64,000 nucleotides of DNA, from the NCBI GenBank assembly GCA_036172245.1, contig JAYWIR010000009.1, positions 2,480,001 through 2,544,000 on the forward strand, in the 5' to 3' direction. The notes below the pieces were generated by a model. It had not been told where the DNA came from and searched no databases. It saw only the letters and a list, made by a program, of their open reading frames with translations. The stretch is from Raillietiella orientalis (lineage: Eukaryota). A program made the translations under genes and the position numbers. Shown here piece after piece: positions 48,700 through 62,000 of this stretch (the stretch's first letter is position 1; the number at the start of each line of letters is the position of its first letter).

Positions 48700-51600
48700 A
48701 GCCTTTGGTGGAACGGTTTCGATCCGCACTTTGGATCTTTCCCTTCCCAGAATGTGAAGAAATAAGGCGGAGGGCAGAAAAACGCCATTAGCACGTGGAC
48801 GGAGTGTTTAATAGTAGTCACCTCGAGTAATCTCAAATTCCTTGGATTCACCGTTAGATCGTTCACACTAAGATGGTACTCCCAAATCCAAGCCACAGCA
48901 ACCGTCAGCGGAGCTCGCAAAAATCCGGAGATCACATGAAGCCATAATCACCACCTGCAGTAGATCCTTTAATACTTGTTTATGAATGCGGTCATCATAT
49001 GGGATGCGACGGTTTGTCCCCGGAAACGGATTTCGTTTTCCTGCTGTCATTTCCGCATCATCGTAGAAAATTTCTGTTCTCGTCGTATCCGAACGCATCT
49101 GTGAAACGGCATCCAACGTCCGTTCGGTTCATTCCATCTTCCCCTTCTCCCCCAAGACACTTACATTTCTTAGTCCTTAATCTTCAATCAAAAAAAACAC
49201 TTTCGACGACCAGCCGTTGATTGTAAGCAACTCTTGTATTTTCTTCCCAGTTTGAAAAGCATGAGTAAAAACTGCTGATGCATTCCCTGACGTCATGGCT
49301 CCCCTCTTCAACACCTCTCGGAGAATTTCACAGCTGATTACGGATTTAATTACTCTTGAGCCCAAAGAAACTGCTTTCCCTCTTTTCATCACAAAGGCGT
49401 GCTTTTGGGACAAACAAAACTTTCAAGTGCCCATTCTTTTCTTCCGGGAAACTTTCGAGAGGCACAGCGATTGTTCGCCGAATCAAAAACATTGCATCGG
49501 ATGTGACTCTTCCTCGAGCTTCTTTTCGGGAACGTGATTCAGAAGAAAGGAAACCCGCGCTGGCGCATGCTGAAGGACCACGATAGCGGCGAGCTTCCTT
49601 AATGGCAAGTGGATGACTGGCTGGAAACCCCCTGCACAGAACGGTCACGCCTTCACAGTTCCTCGCTCCGGAAAAGAATGGAAAGCTCCACGATCTTGGA
49701 AGGAAGCTGCTGCTTCCCAGATGGTGCGAACGTTCTGGGAAGGTAGGAAGGCCTCTCTGGAGCTACGGTGCTGCTGCCCGAACCTCAAAGCAGAGTTGTT
49801 TGTCTCATTTTCCGGAAAAAGGGGAGGGCAGCTCTTGAGCCGTTCGCGAAGAGAGGTTCTCTTTGCCGACAAGAGCGCGCCTGCGGTTTCTCCGAGAGCC
49901 GTCTCGCGCCTTGCAGCCAACACAGTACGACACTCGGAAGAAGGTGTCGCGTGGGTGCACGCTGATGCCTCGGGATCGGAACTGAAAGTTGACTTCTCAG
50001 GACCGGAAGTCACGAGATTTTTAGGTGGGTGTATTTTTTTTTTTTTTTTTTTTTCTGCGGTCCAGGGTGAAATGATAACGGAAAGGCCTTCGAGCACGGC
50101 GAACAGTGGAATCGAAAGAAAATAAAATGAGGATCAAGTCGGGGCCGCGGAGGGGGGGAGAGCTCCGTGTACCAGAGATTTTCGCAAGAGTTCGAGACAC
50201 AAAGAGAAGGCGAATTCTCTTTCGACAGACACGACGAACTTGCGCAAAAAAAAACACATGGGCTAGGCGATGCTTCGAAGATTATTTGGTGTTCAGGAGT
50301 CCAGAGATGCTTCCGGATGCTGCGGTGCACAGAATGGGAGCAGCCTTTCGAATTCAAAGAGGATTCGCGTAGGACTGGGAAGGGAACGTTTTTTTATCTT
50401 TTTTTTGATTTAGTCGCTCTAGGAGTTGGTTGTAGCGTTTGGTGTGTGCGGCGATCATTTGCGGTTTTCGTGTCCTGAATTGATCCTGACTATGGGGATT
50501 GCCACAGAAACGGCGCCGCGGAGATTCCATGCCTGCCAGCGTGGATTCGCACGTCCAAAATCAACCGTGGAACCAGAGCGTGGAGTTCTGGAATCACTCA
50601 GGTGGATCCATTCGAAGCTTCCAAGGAGGGATGTGGGAGAGGTGGACTTCAACGGAATTGGCTAGTCTGGAAAATGGAAGAACGAAAACCGGAAACGGGG
50701 AAGCCAGAAGCGTGGCGTGGAAACGAACGGATCGGTATCGTGGAATGAAAAGCGCCACTTGCAAATAGGAATTCAATTTTGAATTACTGAGGGTTCTTTC
50801 ACGTGATCTCTTAGTTGCTGAAAAATGCAGGGTCCCCCAAATCATATTGCCCAGGGGATCGGTTTTGGCGAGCAGAAGTGACGCTCTGGTTAAGATCAAC
50901 CGGACTCTGGGTTGCGGTGTTCGATGCGATGCTCGCCAGGTGTCGGTCGCCATGGCCAGCAGGACGGTGGTGACCACGGGAATCGGAACCCGCTAAGGGC
51001 GTGAGCGATAACCCGCCTGCCCGAAGCAACCGGCTCTGGAGACGGATGCGTGGAGTCTGCATCCAGCCTCCGCCACCGCCGCAACGAAGCCCTTCTTGCC
51101 CTCCGGCGTTCCGTCGTAGGAAGATGGCGGATTGCTCAGGTCCAAAAAACAGCAGTCGGGCTCTATTCTCACCCAGGAAGCCAGAGCATTTATTTGAAAA
51201 ATAAACATATAACGAGAAAACTGTAGTCGGATTAGAGGCCCAACCACGTGCAATTTAACGGAGACCTGCCGGGTCACCGGTTCGCAGATCGGCGCGCTCC
51301 ATCACGGCGGCAGAGGGGAGGGGACAAACCAAAAATGAAAATAAATATACTTTGGGGGATGCGGGAAGAGATCACGTTCCGCTGGTGGCGGTCCTGTCGA
51401 TCCTCTGTAGGGTGTCGGCAACATCTCGCTGGATATTCCTTTCCAGGTGGGGCCATCGCGTTGCTATGCTGACGGCGAAGTGGATGGCATCCCTATCGCT
51501 GGGTCCTCCTGTTTCTTTGCTCCGTGCAGCGACGATCACGCGTAGGCAGGACGGGGCTGCCAGAGAGACCGCAGGCCGGAGGGCGTCGCGAAAGAAGAGG

Positions 51601-52020
51601 CTTCCAGGGTTGCGGCAAAGCGTTCCCAGGGGGGCCGGAGGGCAACACAGTCCACTAGCAGGTGGGGAGAGATTCACGCTCCCCGCAGCTGACACAGTTG
51701 GGGTCCACACACACCCGCGTGCAGTGACGACGGCGGGAGAGTTGGACTCGATGGTGAGTGCAGAAGGGTTTGGGCGTGAAGTCGACCAGAGCCGCCGACA
51801 GGTGCACTGATGCGGCGAGATCCCTGAATGCCTTGCGCCGAGGAAGGCGGCAGCGTGAGAACGGGGGGTTCTGAGGGCGGCCCAGAGTGCCCGAAGGTCT
51901 CGCAGGCGACCGCGCCTTCCTACCATCTCTCGTCTCACCAACTTGGAAATGACGCGACTCTCCCGAATACGGATGGCTGCTGCTGTCCGCATGGAAAAGA
52001 GTCAGAATTTCTCCGCAGTC
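48700..52020 (-). mobile_element. Decayed Tx1/L1-clade element (ORF1, APE, first half of RT)
   Basis: AAIRIR at the ORF1 start; MKRGKAVSLG (~GK.PG.DG); LLTINGWSSKVFFLIED (~NWRPISLLN.DYK); YDDRIHKQVL (~FDRV.H.FL); NGESKEFEITRG (~NG..S..F.ITRGVRQG). Confidence 0.55.
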
Positions 52021-55000
52021 TTTGAGCCATCTGATGGCAATATCGAGGCTGTGGAATGTTCCCGAACACGTTTCATCAAAACTCCTGTCTGCGCTGCGTA
52101 CGGCCGTCGTGCACCTTTATAACATTAATATGTAGCGACACTAAAAACCCTTCAGTTGCCATTTCTTTTATTATGGTTATAATTCATAAACTTCAAAACA
52201 ACAGTTGATCGCTAATGAGGGAAAGAGAGCCATTCCTCAAGGCAAAAATGACCCATAAAAGGATATGACTCTTTAACGTGATCTGCCGAACGAATGAAAG
52301 CAGAGAAAACTTGGAAGAAAGTCACTTTCCACAGTCGCCGCAATGGATGGAAAAGGAAAGGAAAAGGAAAAAAGCACATGGCTTTGTGAAATGGCCACCT
52401 CCAACAAGTCTTCACGGCTTCAGATTTGGACTCGGTGAAATGCGCATACGAGGGAGGCACGGGAGGTTCCTTCCTTTGCCATGGAAACACAGTTAGGAGG
52501 TACCTTCGGTCTCCGAGGGGAATTCATTCCCCCTAGCGATTTCGCCAGGTAGAGCACTTGCGGAGGGCTTCATTTGTTTCCCTTTCGTGGAGAAGGAGAC
52601 CTGCATTGGTTACTTCGATCGGCATCCTTCGTGCTGCGGATGAAATTCGTATTCTTTTTGCCAAGAGCCAGCAATGAATTCCTTTTTGAAACGGCACGGG
52701 TAGTTGAACCATCTCTTCCTCGATAGAGGACGCAAGGGTCTTTGAATTTGAGTGCAGTTTTAGTCGAGTTGCCTCTTCAAGCAGAAATCGCATGCGTATC
52801 CGTGTTCGAAACCGGATGCTGTTTGCAAGATCATACGTGCAATTCTTTGTAATGTAGCGTATGCAATGCTGAGTCATTCCGAAATAAAGTATACCTTTTT
52901 GATTTGAATTCAATGTAAATGTCCTTGCGATTCGTGCAAGTCATGGGCGTTCTAATTTATGGCGCCATTTCATTCCAAAAATGACGCGCCAAGCATATTC
53001 GGTTCCTCAGCACATAAGCTGGAAAGTTAAGCGACTTGCACGAAAAATTATCCTTGGCTTTCGCAGGTTGCACGAGGAAGGACAGATCCACTTCCTAGTT
53101 CGGGGTTATAAGTCGGACCAATCGCTGAGGATGAGTGTCCCAATGCAAGAAAAATTCCTGACGATGCATCACCACGGGTAACGTTAACACGGTAACACAA
53201 ACGAATAATCATATTAGGTGCCATTGAAACGACGGTTAGTAATAATGCCAGGCAGTACATAGTTTCTGGAAGGAAACAGCGCCAACGGATCACACCGATG
53301 GCGCACTCAGTGGAAGGCATCTTGGCGTCATGGAGGGTGCATCTTCTCACTGCAAGAGGAGAGAAAGGACAACCTCTCAGCTGCGGTAATTTTGGGTAGT
53401 AAGCAATCGGCCAAGGGAGAGGGAATTCCTTGCCTGGAGTCTGGAAATTCGTTCCCGAGCTGCAGCAGAGTCACAGCGACAAAGAAAGGGTTAGAAGTCC
53501 ATCTCCCCGGAGCTGCGACTCATCCCGACGTGCTAAACATGGAATGATGATTTTAAAATTCCTTCATTGAAAGAGGTTTTAATTGCTTCACGACAAGGAG
53601 GGGCAGCAAACTTTGGTGAAGATCCATTGCAGATGCAATTTTCTAGAAGCCACGCTCAGGCGTGCCATACCTTTCGGAGCACCTCAGCCATTTATAACAA
53701 AGTATGCGGAATTCATACGGCGGTGGACAAAGGCTCAAAAACACGTCCGGCAGCCTGGCATTGAGCACGTAATTTTTGAATGAGCAGATTTTTTTTCTAT
53801 CTATGCCGCAGCCAGCATTCCTTTTTTTTTTTTCTCTCTCCTTTTTTTAAGAGCCCCCATCGAAACCCGAGTATTACTTTTGGTGATGCCTGTGCCATTC
53901 GTCTCCGTGGATGAAAGAAGATTTGAATGACCATTAATGTGATGGTATAATAGTGGGTTAGGAAGCGAGAATCTCCTTGGTCCATTAATTTTTCTTCCGA
54001 ATATTTGTTGAACAATTTTCAGAGACGTGCTTTCTCGGCTTATCCTTCTTCGACGAGGAAGCCCCACCACATCAACCAGTGGTTTTTCCGCATCCTGTAA
54101 CAAATGAGCTTTTAATGAAAACCTTCTCATTGCTCCTGATGCTGCTGCCTATTACTGCTAATTGCACCGGGCGAGGATGGGGAATGTTGTGCGGCACGCA
54201 GATTTCAAAACTCTCACACATAATTAACACAAAAATACTTTTAAGAATAAGCCTTGCTTACCACCTTAAGAAAAGAATAACACGAATCTTTTCCAGTTTT
54301 GATTGCATGTCCGTACTATCCGTGCAGCCATCGGCATTTTGAAAATCATGGCACCACCTCATTTCAAAAATGGCGAGCCAAACACACAACAAAATGGCGG
54401 ACGCGTCCACTTCCATGGAATAAAAAGTGCTTGGTCTATTAAAAGGCGGCACACACACAGCTTAAAACGGTTGGAAATGGAAGGAAAATCCCAAGCTCGT
54501 TCGAAAATGATCAATTCATGAATTTCCCGAAGCTTTGGCAACGGTTCCCAAAGGCACGGCTTCCGTGGCTCATCACGTGGATCCAAAAAGGTGACACGCA
54601 TGCATCAGATTTCAACCACCTTAACGGCAGCTTTCCTTCCAACTTTCTAGTAATTAAGAATTCGAATTTTCTTTGATCGGTCGAAAGTACATATTACATT
54701 CTTCTTGAAATTCACGCATATAGCGTATTGCATAAACCGAAAACGGATCACGTGCAAGAATTGTTATTACCAACAGCAAAAGTAACTCCTAAATTGAGTA
54801 CATGTGTTTCCTGTTCACATCAGTGATCATTCGGGAATTCCTCAAGGATTCGTCTGCCTCGAAGCCCCGTGCTGTGTGGTGTGAATGGGGGTCACGTGCG
54901 GGAATTTCGTCTTCCATGACGAAGGAATCCAAAAGGTGTGTAATTTAGAACTCACTTTGGGGCCGATGCTGAGTATGCCGCGATTTCCAAGAGCAAGGGA

Positions 55001-55499
55001 GAGAGAGAAATTCCTCTAAATGACGAAACAGCGTGTAGAGCGGAAATGCACATGTACCGTACAATTTCATTTCATGGATTCCATCCCTGCAAGAAGATCG
55101 GAGCTCCTCAACTTGTTGCTCCAGCGTACTCGAACTTGCTCAAATGGTCACACCTTACAGGCAAATATTTTTCTCTTGAGGCAGCCTCCGTGTCCAAGAA
55201 GACTTCCTTTGAAGATTCGCGTGCATTCGCGGATGGTGCATAAATCACAGCCGTTGCATCGGCTGACTGAGTAACCCGCGGTGGAGCAGCACTCGTGTGA
55301 AGCTGTGATCTGTGATCCCAAACTCCGAATCGGGAACCGCGTCGGAAGATGACTGTGCCGAGGAATGATTCGGCTGGCAAGAGGGAAGCATCGGCACTTT
55401 TTCCCTGAGGTCAGCCGCTCCGAAATCCCGAAACCAACAAGCTGGGAATAACACGCGTCGCACTTGGTAGGTCTTCAGCGCAGGTCAATTGCTCGAGCC

Positions 55500-57791
55500 G
55501 TGCTTTCCAAATGATCACTGCTCCCATCCTCTCGAACTCTGGCGGTCACCTACGAACGCCGAAGGGCGGCTTTCTAGAACGAATCGCTTTGCTATATTTC
55601 TGCACTGCCGAGCCCTCCCCCATTGACGCACGGGTCCGAACTAAAGGAAAGCTGGTTACCAATTTCCTCAGATGTCAGGAGCTCTTAATGGTGCATTTAA
55701 TAGTGTATTTTACAGCCGGCAATTATTCACGATCTTGAAGGAGACGAGGGAAGGCTTCATCCGGAAACTGTGGTTACGAGCGCGGCAAAGCCACGTGATA
55801 TGGGGACGCTGCACCCTTTCCTACAAAAGAAGCAGGAATCGGTTCCAGAAGTATCCGAGTGACCTTCGCCAAGTACCAATTCATCCTCAGAACCGCCGGG
55901 AAACAGCGTCGATGGCGGAAGTCGGTCATCAGAGCTTGTGAAATGAAAAAAATAAACAAATAAAAGGAGATAATGAATATCCTCCAAGAAATATCTACAA
56001 TTTCGTGGAGTAATCCACGAGAAGATTCACTGTGGCATCCGGGCGAATTCTGCATAAGGACCGGAAACGGGGACGTCGGAACATCCGCCACGTTTTTAAT
56101 TTGCCTTTTCGAAGTAACGTGGTCACTTTGAACTTTTTTGCGAATTCCATAATCCCGCGTTGATTTGTCACTTTGGTAACCAAGAAACCAATTTACGGGC
56201 TTCCTATTTGGTTCTCTAAATGAAGCAAACCTTTCCATCTTTTCTTTTTTTGCTGCTTTACGAAGGACTCTCCGACGAGCAGAAACCACAAGTCGCATTG
56301 ATAATAAAGTGTGCGATTGCGTCCAGCATCCGGCATCTGGCAAATCGAGACTGGTCGCAGGTAGAGGAAAGGATGAAGAGGACCCTGCCCGGGTTCCCGA
56401 TTCGCATGGACCCTCCTTTGAAAAGCAAACTGACCAGCCGTTGAAAACGAGTTCTGGACTAACCAGAGTGCTCGAAGCATTGACGTCGCCGGGAAAACTT
56501 TTCTAAGGGCAGAAGGATGCTCTCAGGAATCTCCCGGCTTGAAGCTTCCGGCGCGGAGCTCCAGCTGCTCCCTCGGTCACTGGGAGGGCAGAACTGACGC
56601 GTGCAGGCGTCGGACTGTGCCAACGCTCCACCAAACAGCGAGGAGGAGAGAAAACCGCTGAGTGGAAGGATGAAATCCGAAATAGCACGTCTGACCGAAT
56701 TCTTCTTTGGGTTCTGTTCCCGAGAGTAGAGCGACAGCACACCTCATGTGCGCGCACATGCGCTCAAAAGCATCCTTGGCAAAGAGCTGGGAATTCTTCT
56801 CGCAATGAAGAGCGAGGGAAAGACGCGCTGGAAGCTGTCGGAGTACCTGAAGGAATCGCGACTCCCGCGGAGCGTAAAACGGAGAGGGTATTCTTTTTCT
56901 TTAAAAAGAAGAGGGAGAAGAAAGGCGAAACCGCGCTCATCAACGGTACATGTTTCTCGGTGACAAGAAGGAAGCACTCCGAGATGCAGCTGATGGAATC
57001 ATCATGGAAATCCGATGGGATCGGCAAACGAGCACATCCGTGAATGCGGAGCGATTCAAAAATTCCAAGAGCCCTCACGGATCGTTCAGCGTGCGGAGAC
57101 CGCGCGAAATGTTCGCGGACCAGTTGCCGAGGGGGGAGCTGAGAAGAGATGCCTTCGGCATGCATACCGGCAACCGATCGCGCATACCGAAGATGCGGAC
57201 TGTGGGAGGGAGAGTTTGCCTCGTATGATGAGGCGCCTGTGCCCAGAATGACCCCGCCACCACCACGTCAGGGTGGGAAATACTTTCTGGAAACCAGAGT
57301 GCACCCGGAACAGAGAGTCCAACGTGCTCCAGCACCTCGCAATGGTCCTCTGGTCGTCCTGGATGCCGCCTGTCCGTTTGAGAACGGCGAGGAAACGTTC
57401 AGTACAGCCAAACAAGAAAAACACCTGAAACATTGCCCAACACATGATCAAGCGCCAATGTCCAGGACCTAATTGTGGGTTCGCTTGCTAACCGGGACCC
57501 AATGAACGATGGCGCCCTACGAGACTTGGGAATCCCATCACCATGCGCCGAAAAAATGAGGTGTCTCATAGTTGCCTCGTGTATTCGGAATCGTCGTGAC
57601 TTTTATTCGACCCACAGGCTACGACACCCGCCAGACCACGCTGGCCAACCAGAGGGAGGATTGGCGGGAATGGCAACCGAAGGGTAGATCACCAACGAAT
57701 ACAAGAAGATGCTGACACATTACTGCTTTATGTTGTGGAATGGAGGATTGCGTAGAGCAATGCATTTCATTCTATTGAACCTAAATTGAAA
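55500..57791 (+). mobile_element. Utopia-like RLE non-LTR retrotransposon (RT, zinc knuckle, RLE, 3' UTR) ending at U2 sequence
   Basis: LKETREGFIRK...VIWGRCTLSYK...HPQ (RT subdomains 1-2); DRAYRRCG/CGRESLPRMM (CCHC knuckle); LVVLDAACPFENGEETFSTAKQEKHLKH (RLE D...PFE...K..K); IVGSLANRDPMNDGALRDLGIP...KMRCLIVASCIRNRRDFYSTH. Short 3' UTR ends aaattgaaaa, followed directly by U2 TCTGTTC. Confidence 0.8.
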
Positions 57792-57871
57792 ATCTGTTCG
57801 TATCAGCTCCATATTCGAGGCTAAGGTCAAAGTGTAGTATCGTTCCATTAAACTGTAGTATCAAAGTGTAG
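57792..57871 (+). pseudogene. U2: Cluster of four short U2 snRNA fragments spanning the retrotransposon target site
   Basis: atctgttcgtatcagct (U2 ~39-55, 1 mismatch) at 57792-57808; ggctaaggtcaaagtgtagtatc-gttc (~19-46, 1 mismatch, 1 gap) at 57819-57845; tgtagtatc (~33-41) at 57854-57862; atcaaagtgtag (~26-37) at 57860-57871. Confidence 0.85.
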
Positions 57872-60800
57872 GTGACCAATAGCTACGTATCCGTGACGTG
57901 TGTACCTTTTCTTGTTTCTTAATTATTTGATTTATGCTTGTGTTGAGTTTATTTCGGATTTCCGATCTTTTGCGGCCTCTTTGGTTTGCATGTCCTCCCC
58001 AGATCCTGATAAATTCGGATGCGTTGTCGGTTCTGTGCTGTCGTTGCATGCATTCGCTCTTTGTGTTTCCGCTGTGATTGGTTGCTTGTTTTTCAAAATT
58101 GGGCAAACTTTGCTCCTATCTGCGAGTGCTTTCGTGTCCCTTTTCGATGTGTGTTCCGTTTCCAACGTTCTTCGCTCCGTTGTTGTCTTCCTTTCCTTTT
58201 GATTTGTTCGACTCGAGTCGGTTTCCAGAGTGTGGCTGCTAGGGTCACGACGGTGCTTGCGGCCGGCGAGCAGGTGGGGTTCAAGAAGAAGAAGATAGCA
58301 GGGACCTTGGACTCCCATCTTCAAGGTGCTAAAGGCGGTTTGCAAGCCGAATCTCCCATAAGGTCTGGGGAACTCTTGTTTTCCTTACGTAGAGGTGGGT
58401 TTCGCCTGATGACACAAGTTTCACCGCAGTTTTCAAAAGCAAGGCATCGACCGCGGGCAAGGGTGAAAAGCGAGGAGGATTCCCTTCTGCATTCCTCTTC
58501 GGAGACAACCAGGGTGAAGGTGATCTCCATTTCCGGGGATTCCTCCCCAGGCGTGGGAGGAACGGACTCCGAGTCCTTCCTGGATTCATAGTGCGGTCCC
58601 CTCCTGGGGTACCCCCTATCTTGAAGGATTACCCATCCTCGGGTGGCGTGGAACCGTGCCGAAGAACTGCGAAGACAGAAAAGAAGGATATGGATGCAAA
58701 TCTATTTAATCTATTTAAGTCCCCCAGAGGCATTCAGAGAAACTAATCATAAGTGTAAAGACGTGGGCGCTCAAAAGTCTGCTCAATTTACCTTTTCCCG
58801 GATGCAAGGAGACTCCACGTGAAGAATTCTCATAAAATCAGGAAAAATATCTTCAGCCAGATCGCAGACTCCGATGAAGTATCAGAAAAACGAACAAAAG
58901 CTGCAGTTAATACGCAAAACACGTTTTTTTACGGGGAAAAAAAAAAGTTGTTGTGAGTAATTTGGGCCAGTGCTCAATCAGTGAAGTTGAGAAGAGTACG
59001 GAGATTATTGTAATTTGATGAAAGATTGCTTGGCTGAAGACATCTCAGTTAACTCATTTCGTTAGTAGCGTATGGTGATGGAATTCAAAATACATGCAGC
59101 TTTTAAAGTATAAAAATCCAATCATCGGAAGAGATTCAAGAAAAAAAAATCACATACGAGAGCAAGAAGGCACCGTGTTTGTCTTTTCTGCTTTTGTTTT
59201 TTTTTTAAAAAAAAAGTGATTTAAGAAAAGAATCAAAAGCGCAACTTGACATACGTGTGATTTATGTCTGTTCTTATGCATTCTTCCGTATTGATTAAAA
59301 GGAGTAATAATTGGGGCACTGCGATTGCAGCAAATACTCTGGAAGGTGTAGGTCAAACCAACGAAAGAAAAACCACCATAAAAGCTATAAAGACTGCTAC
59401 GAAACTGCGGCTAAAAGCCTTCACAGTTTTCAATCTGGGATGAGTCTCGAAGAGAGGGAAAGGCGCCACTCTGCTTTTCCTTCCCCAGTTCCTCTTCTTT
59501 CATGTGTTGTCGTGAGGACCACGGGGCTGCTGCTGGAGGCTGACGCAATCCGAATGATGAGGCGTTTGCATTCTTCCGACGTTGGTACGGTTGCCCCGCA
59601 TCCTCGAGAACACGCGTTCGGGAGACCGAAAACTCAGTCTGCAAACACTGCTCACTGCCGTGCCGTACTCGACCGATGAGCATTCATCTTTGCTATTAAG
59701 AATCTGGAGAAGAGGGGGGGATTAGAAGACACTTCAGTCTGATCCAGAAAAAAAATTGCGCATGATGTCTTCTCTGGAAGAAAACTCCATCGCATATTAG
59801 CAGCTCTTCTTGTACCCATTAATAACCATCCTACCGATTACCATGACAAATAAGCGGAAACCTTCTCGATGTACCAAGGCTCATCGAAGAGTAACGAGAC
59901 CAAGTTTTTACCACAGTAGGCGTACTGCCATCAGGATTGATGTATTCCTTTTCAAAAAAGGCTTACAAGGAATGCAATTCGTCTGCCGCCATCCACGGCT
60001 GAAACAAACCGTACAAGCAAATTGCCTTCGGTAAAAATAAAAATAGAAAAAGCATCCAAAGCTTTGGCAGCCGACGTTCAAATGAGCACAGCCAGCCTCG
60101 ATGAATTTTTTACGAGTTTGCAAGTGGTCCAAAGTCATTCCGGAGCTAAAGGGATGCTGGCGCTGAGGAGAGTGGGTGGGACGAGGGAATCAAAAGACTT
60201 CCTTCTGCCAAGGTTCCCAAAATTGGTAACCACGCTGCACACATGTGATCCTAGGTTCGTAAGAGTGGACGAACACCCTTCTTTCTGACTCTCCAGGTGC
60301 ACCTACCCTGCTAAAGAATCGGAACCGGCAGGAGCCACCCACCGCACAGACGTCAACACCTCGTCACTCGAATTCGAGGTCTGTGCTTGCACAGACGAGT
60401 GTATGAAGAAGAAGGCAACCACCTAGGACTGTGGCAATTGTGACCTTCATGGATCATGGCCATGTGTACTTCTTTAGCCGTCCTTCTTCGATATATGCCC
60501 GTTCAAATTCAGCATTTCAACGAACTAGCTTTTCCTCATGTCTTTTTCGTTTTTGCTGTTGTCAAGGAAACTTGAATCGCAGTAGCTGAAACCCACTGAC
60601 ACCGCTCTTCATGGCTACCCACTTTAGCAACGACTCTAAAGATCGCAGAATGACTTTGTCTTCCTGTAGAGAACATTCGAGAATAAGGAAAGCAGCTGCC
60701 AATAGCCTTCCCGGTCCTACGGGTGGTACACTACAGTACATTCTGAATGGAGCGCGTGCACGATGACGCGGACGATTGCAAATCCGCCGATGTTCCTCCT

Positions 60801-62000
60801 ACGCATCGCAAACTTTTGTGCTGATTTCATGCGAACTGAATTTTGCACAGATTCAGAGTGAGCCCTCGGAAAAGTTCCGAAAACTGCTTTGAGCAGCCTC
60901 CGAAGAGAGATCTCCGTATAGGCCGCGTGATGCTGCTATGGTTTCCTTCCAAACAGATTGCCAACTATCTCATTAAATTGCCTACGTTTCGGAAAACTGC
61001 TACTTTCCTTTGGCTCACATTCTGTACTTCTTTTCGGCTCTCGGGTTTCCTTTACAGAATAAGTAAGCGAATTCCAGAAACTCAAATCTTAAGCCTGTAG
61101 CTTATTATATCGGTGTACAGTACTACAAAGTGCTTCCAATGTGGACCGCTGAGGACGGGCGTGCTAACTGATTCTTGCCCATTGATAATACGGCAGTTGA
61201 GTTTTCTCTCATCAATCTGATCCTCGTATTACAACGCAGAGATCAAAGCAGCGTGCGCGCCTCCCCCGCCCCGCTTTGCGTCTTTCCGGAAAGAGATAAA
61301 CCGAGGATGCTTTCGAAAGCATCGCTCCGCAGCTTCCACCTGGACGTCTTCAAGCAGGATTTTCAGGTCTCCCACTCGCTCCCGGGCTTCTCAAACCTCC
61401 AATATTCGAACCATTCGGCGAATTCCCCTGAAATCTCTGGACCCCATTTTCTAATCATTCTGTAACTGGGGAACAGGTCATCGGGTAAACTCAATTGTGA
61501 TTTCCCGCGAATTTTCACAAAAGGGGGGAGAAAAAAAAAAAAAAAACGGCTGTTTTTTTGGCAAACAGTACGAGAACCTGCTTATCATGTTTTCAAGCTG
61601 TCCTTGTTCCCAGCCCGAAGGCAATATCTTCTTTTTTTCTTAAAGGTTCGGCTAGGATTTTAAATTGGTTTACCCCAAAACGACATTCATCATTATTTAT
61701 GGCAAGAAAGGCAACTGATATCGCTCTTTAGTGATGCTCCGTCTTTTCGCAAGAACGTTCGGGAAGATTAACTATGATTTTAACAAAAAATGTCGTACGG
61801 CAGATTAGAACGCTGACCACAATTCTCGGATCGGTGGCATAAATCGAAGAGCAATTAACTGTCCAAGCTTGTTCGGTCGATGGGAACTGGTTACGCTGTC
61901 CGAAGGCGGGGCTGGTTGTTCACGAAACGATGAAGCAACAGGTGGATGGAAGCCGGAAAGCAACCTCCGAATCATTCATCACTTGCGCACCTCTTCCTTT
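57872..62000 (+). mobile_element. Decayed Tx1-clade element starting at the U2 target site (Keno-like)
   Basis: T-rich 5' UTR. ORF1 remnants RRIWMQI and NHKCKDVGAQKSA (~CHKC...GH....C). APE remnants VIIG/HCDC (~IIGGDFNC) and YKDCYE...HSF. EENSIAY (~EKPS.YF). RT remnants KGMLALRRVGG...PKLVTTLHTCDPR (~G.I.L..K.G...NWRPITLLN.DYK), NPLTPLF (~CPLSPLLF), DDADD, FRVSPRKS. 3' limit uncertain. Confidence 0.55.
58471..58646. mobile_element. MITE-like repeat, copy B (truncated), interrupting the Keno-like ORF1
   Basis: High similarity to 63346-63512 (ggaggattcccttctg.attcc.cttcggaga.aaccagggtg.a.gtgatctccatttccggggat.cctccccagg...cttcctggattcatag). Confidence 0.8.

Noticed and set aside
52200..54500. 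Possible RT remnant on the minus strand (also 30.9-31.4 kb and 43.6-44.3 kb)
   Set aside because: Motif resemblance is too weak to assign a family or boundaries.
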